This document shows positions 63,038-64,000 of a stretch of 64,000 bases of DNA, piece by piece (position 1 is the stretch's first letter; every line of letters begins with the position of its first letter). The notes beneath the pieces are model-generated. The model was not told the DNA's origin. It saw only the letters and a program-made list of their open reading frames with translations, and did no database searches. The translations under genes and the position numbers were made by a program. Source of the stretch: Planctomycetota bacterium (GTDB taxonomy: Bacteria > Planctomycetota > SZUA-567 > JAFGGJ01). The stretch lies in assembly GCA_016930595.1 (NCBI GenBank), contig JAFGGJ010000042.1:51517-115516 (forward strand), in the 5' to 3' direction.

Positions 63038-64000
63038 GTGAAATACACCCTGCAGAAACCCTTCTTCGTCCTCCTCCCGGTCCTCGCCCTGGGGCTCCTG
63101 CCGGTGCGGCCGTCCCACGCCTCCACCGTCCGGGAACGGGAAAAGGCCGGCAAGGTGCGTCTTGACCGTGACCTCGCCGAAGCCCGCAGGCTCGCCCGAC
63201 CCCCCGGCCTCGCCGGAACCCCGCTGCCCGACACCTCGGCCGATCCCGTCGATTCCGTCGTCCAGCGCCTCCTGCAGCAGGGCAGGCCGCTCCAGGCCCT
63301 TCGCCTCCAGTACGAGATCATCGACCGGGGAGCCGGCGACGGCTGGCGCTGGGCCGCGGACCACCTCGGCCGCACCCTCTGGCAGGCGGGCCTGACACCG
63401 TATGCGATCATCGAGCTGCAGAAACGCAGCGACCCCACCAGCCGCGTCCAGCTCGCTCGCTGCCTCCTCGAATACGACCAGTTCGCCGAAGCCTCCCGCC
63501 TGCTCGATTCCGTCATCCCCCAGGAAAACCCCGGCGAAACTTCCGACGCCGGCGGCGCGCTCTGGGCAATGGCCGATCTCCACCGCCGCGCCGGCGACGC
63601 CGCCAGCGCCGCCGCCTTCTACCGGCGCGCTCACCGGGCCTACGATGCCGCGGCCCGCCACAGTGAAACCCCCGAAGCCGCCCGCACCGGCTACTCCGGC
63701 GTCGCAACTCTCATGAACGGCATGGAGGAACTGTCAACGGCCGCTTCCTCATCCCGCGCCTGCCCGGACGGCGCCTACTCCATGGCCGTCGACTTCGTCG
63801 GCCCGATCAGCGTCAAAGTCACCGTTTCCGGCGGCAGGATCACGCGCGTCCAGGCGTCCGGCCCCAACGAACCTCCCTCTCCGCTCGAAATCGTCTCCGA
63901 ACGTATCGTCCGGGCTGACTCGCCGTCCGTCGATCCCGTCACCGGCTTCCCCCTCACCAGCGAAGCCGTCATGTACGCCGTCCACCGCGCCCTCGCCCGG
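63038..64000 (+). CDS. Hypothetical secreted protein, partial (ORF open at right window edge)
   Basis: A GTG-initiated frame (VKYTLQKPFFVLLPVLALGLLPVRPSHAS...) has no stop through position 64000. Signal-peptide-like N-terminus. Not listed in the ORF track because it lacks a stop. Confidence 0.4.
   Translation, partial: MKYTLQKPFFVLLPVLALGLLPVRPSHASTVREREKAGKVRLDRDLAEARRLARPPGLAGTPLPDTSADPVDSVVQRLLQQGRPLQALRLQYEIIDRGAGDGWRWAADHLGRTLWQAGLTPYAIIELQKRSDPTSRVQLARCLLEYDQFAEASRLLDSVIPQENPGETSDAGGALWAMADLHRRAGDAASAAAFYRRAHRAYDAAARHSETPEAARTGYSGVATLMNGMEELSTAASSSRACPDGAYSMAVDFVGPISVKVTVSGGRITRVQASGPNEPPSPLEIVSERIVRADSPSVDPVTGFPLTSEAVMYAVHRALAR

Noticed and set aside
1-64000. Search for CRISPR arrays, tRNA/rRNA genes, IS elements, integrases and restriction-modification or other known defence genes
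   Set aside because: No direct-repeat/spacer arrays, no cloverleaf-like conserved tRNA sequences in the few intergenic gaps, and no transposase, integrase or nuclease/methylase pairs among the translations. The window appears to be core chromosome.

Overview
This is a 64 kb, very GC-rich (about two-thirds G+C) bacterial chromosomal segment, densely coding with about 50 genes, many translationally coupled. I found no rRNA, tRNA, CRISPR array or obvious mobile element. The content (sulfatase, three xylose-isomerase-like TIM-barrel genes, Gfo/Idh/MocA oxidoreductase, BNR/Asp-box beta-propellers, giant secreted and membrane-anchored HEAT/TPR proteins, recurrent zinc-ribbon plus TM N-termini) suggests a polysaccharide-degrading bacterium of the Planctomycetes-Verrucomicrobia-Lentisphaerae group. 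That taxonomic guess is inference only.

Recognisable housekeeping genes are trpE (partial, left edge), rnc, topA, phoU, parB, nfi, acyP, focA and an NtrC-type sigma-54 activator. Two near-consensus parS sites flank parB, so the region is probably origin-proximal.

Candidate novel or under-described content:
- A methyltransferase/D-Ala-D-Ala-ligase-like ATP-grasp fusion co-transcribed with a signal-peptide-less sulfatase, preceded by a 650-bp noncoding region carrying four copies of GGGACAGT as two inverted pairs.
- A four-gene, translationally coupled envelope operon: TM-HEAT protein, periplasmic coiled-coil protein, TPR protein, beta-barrel lipoprotein.
- A family of zinc-ribbon-TM anchored giant proteins, including a 1314-aa protein with three lectin/CBM-like repeats.
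- A 1138-aa metzincin (HEIGHLLGLGH) with Big/PKD domains, coupled to a PKD lipoprotein and lying downstream of the NtrC-like regulator.
- A hybrid FHA-GAF/PAS-HisKA-REC-STAS sensor kinase.

All functional calls come from motif reading of the supplied translations. No database search was run. Coordinates of small manually located sites may be off by a few nt.
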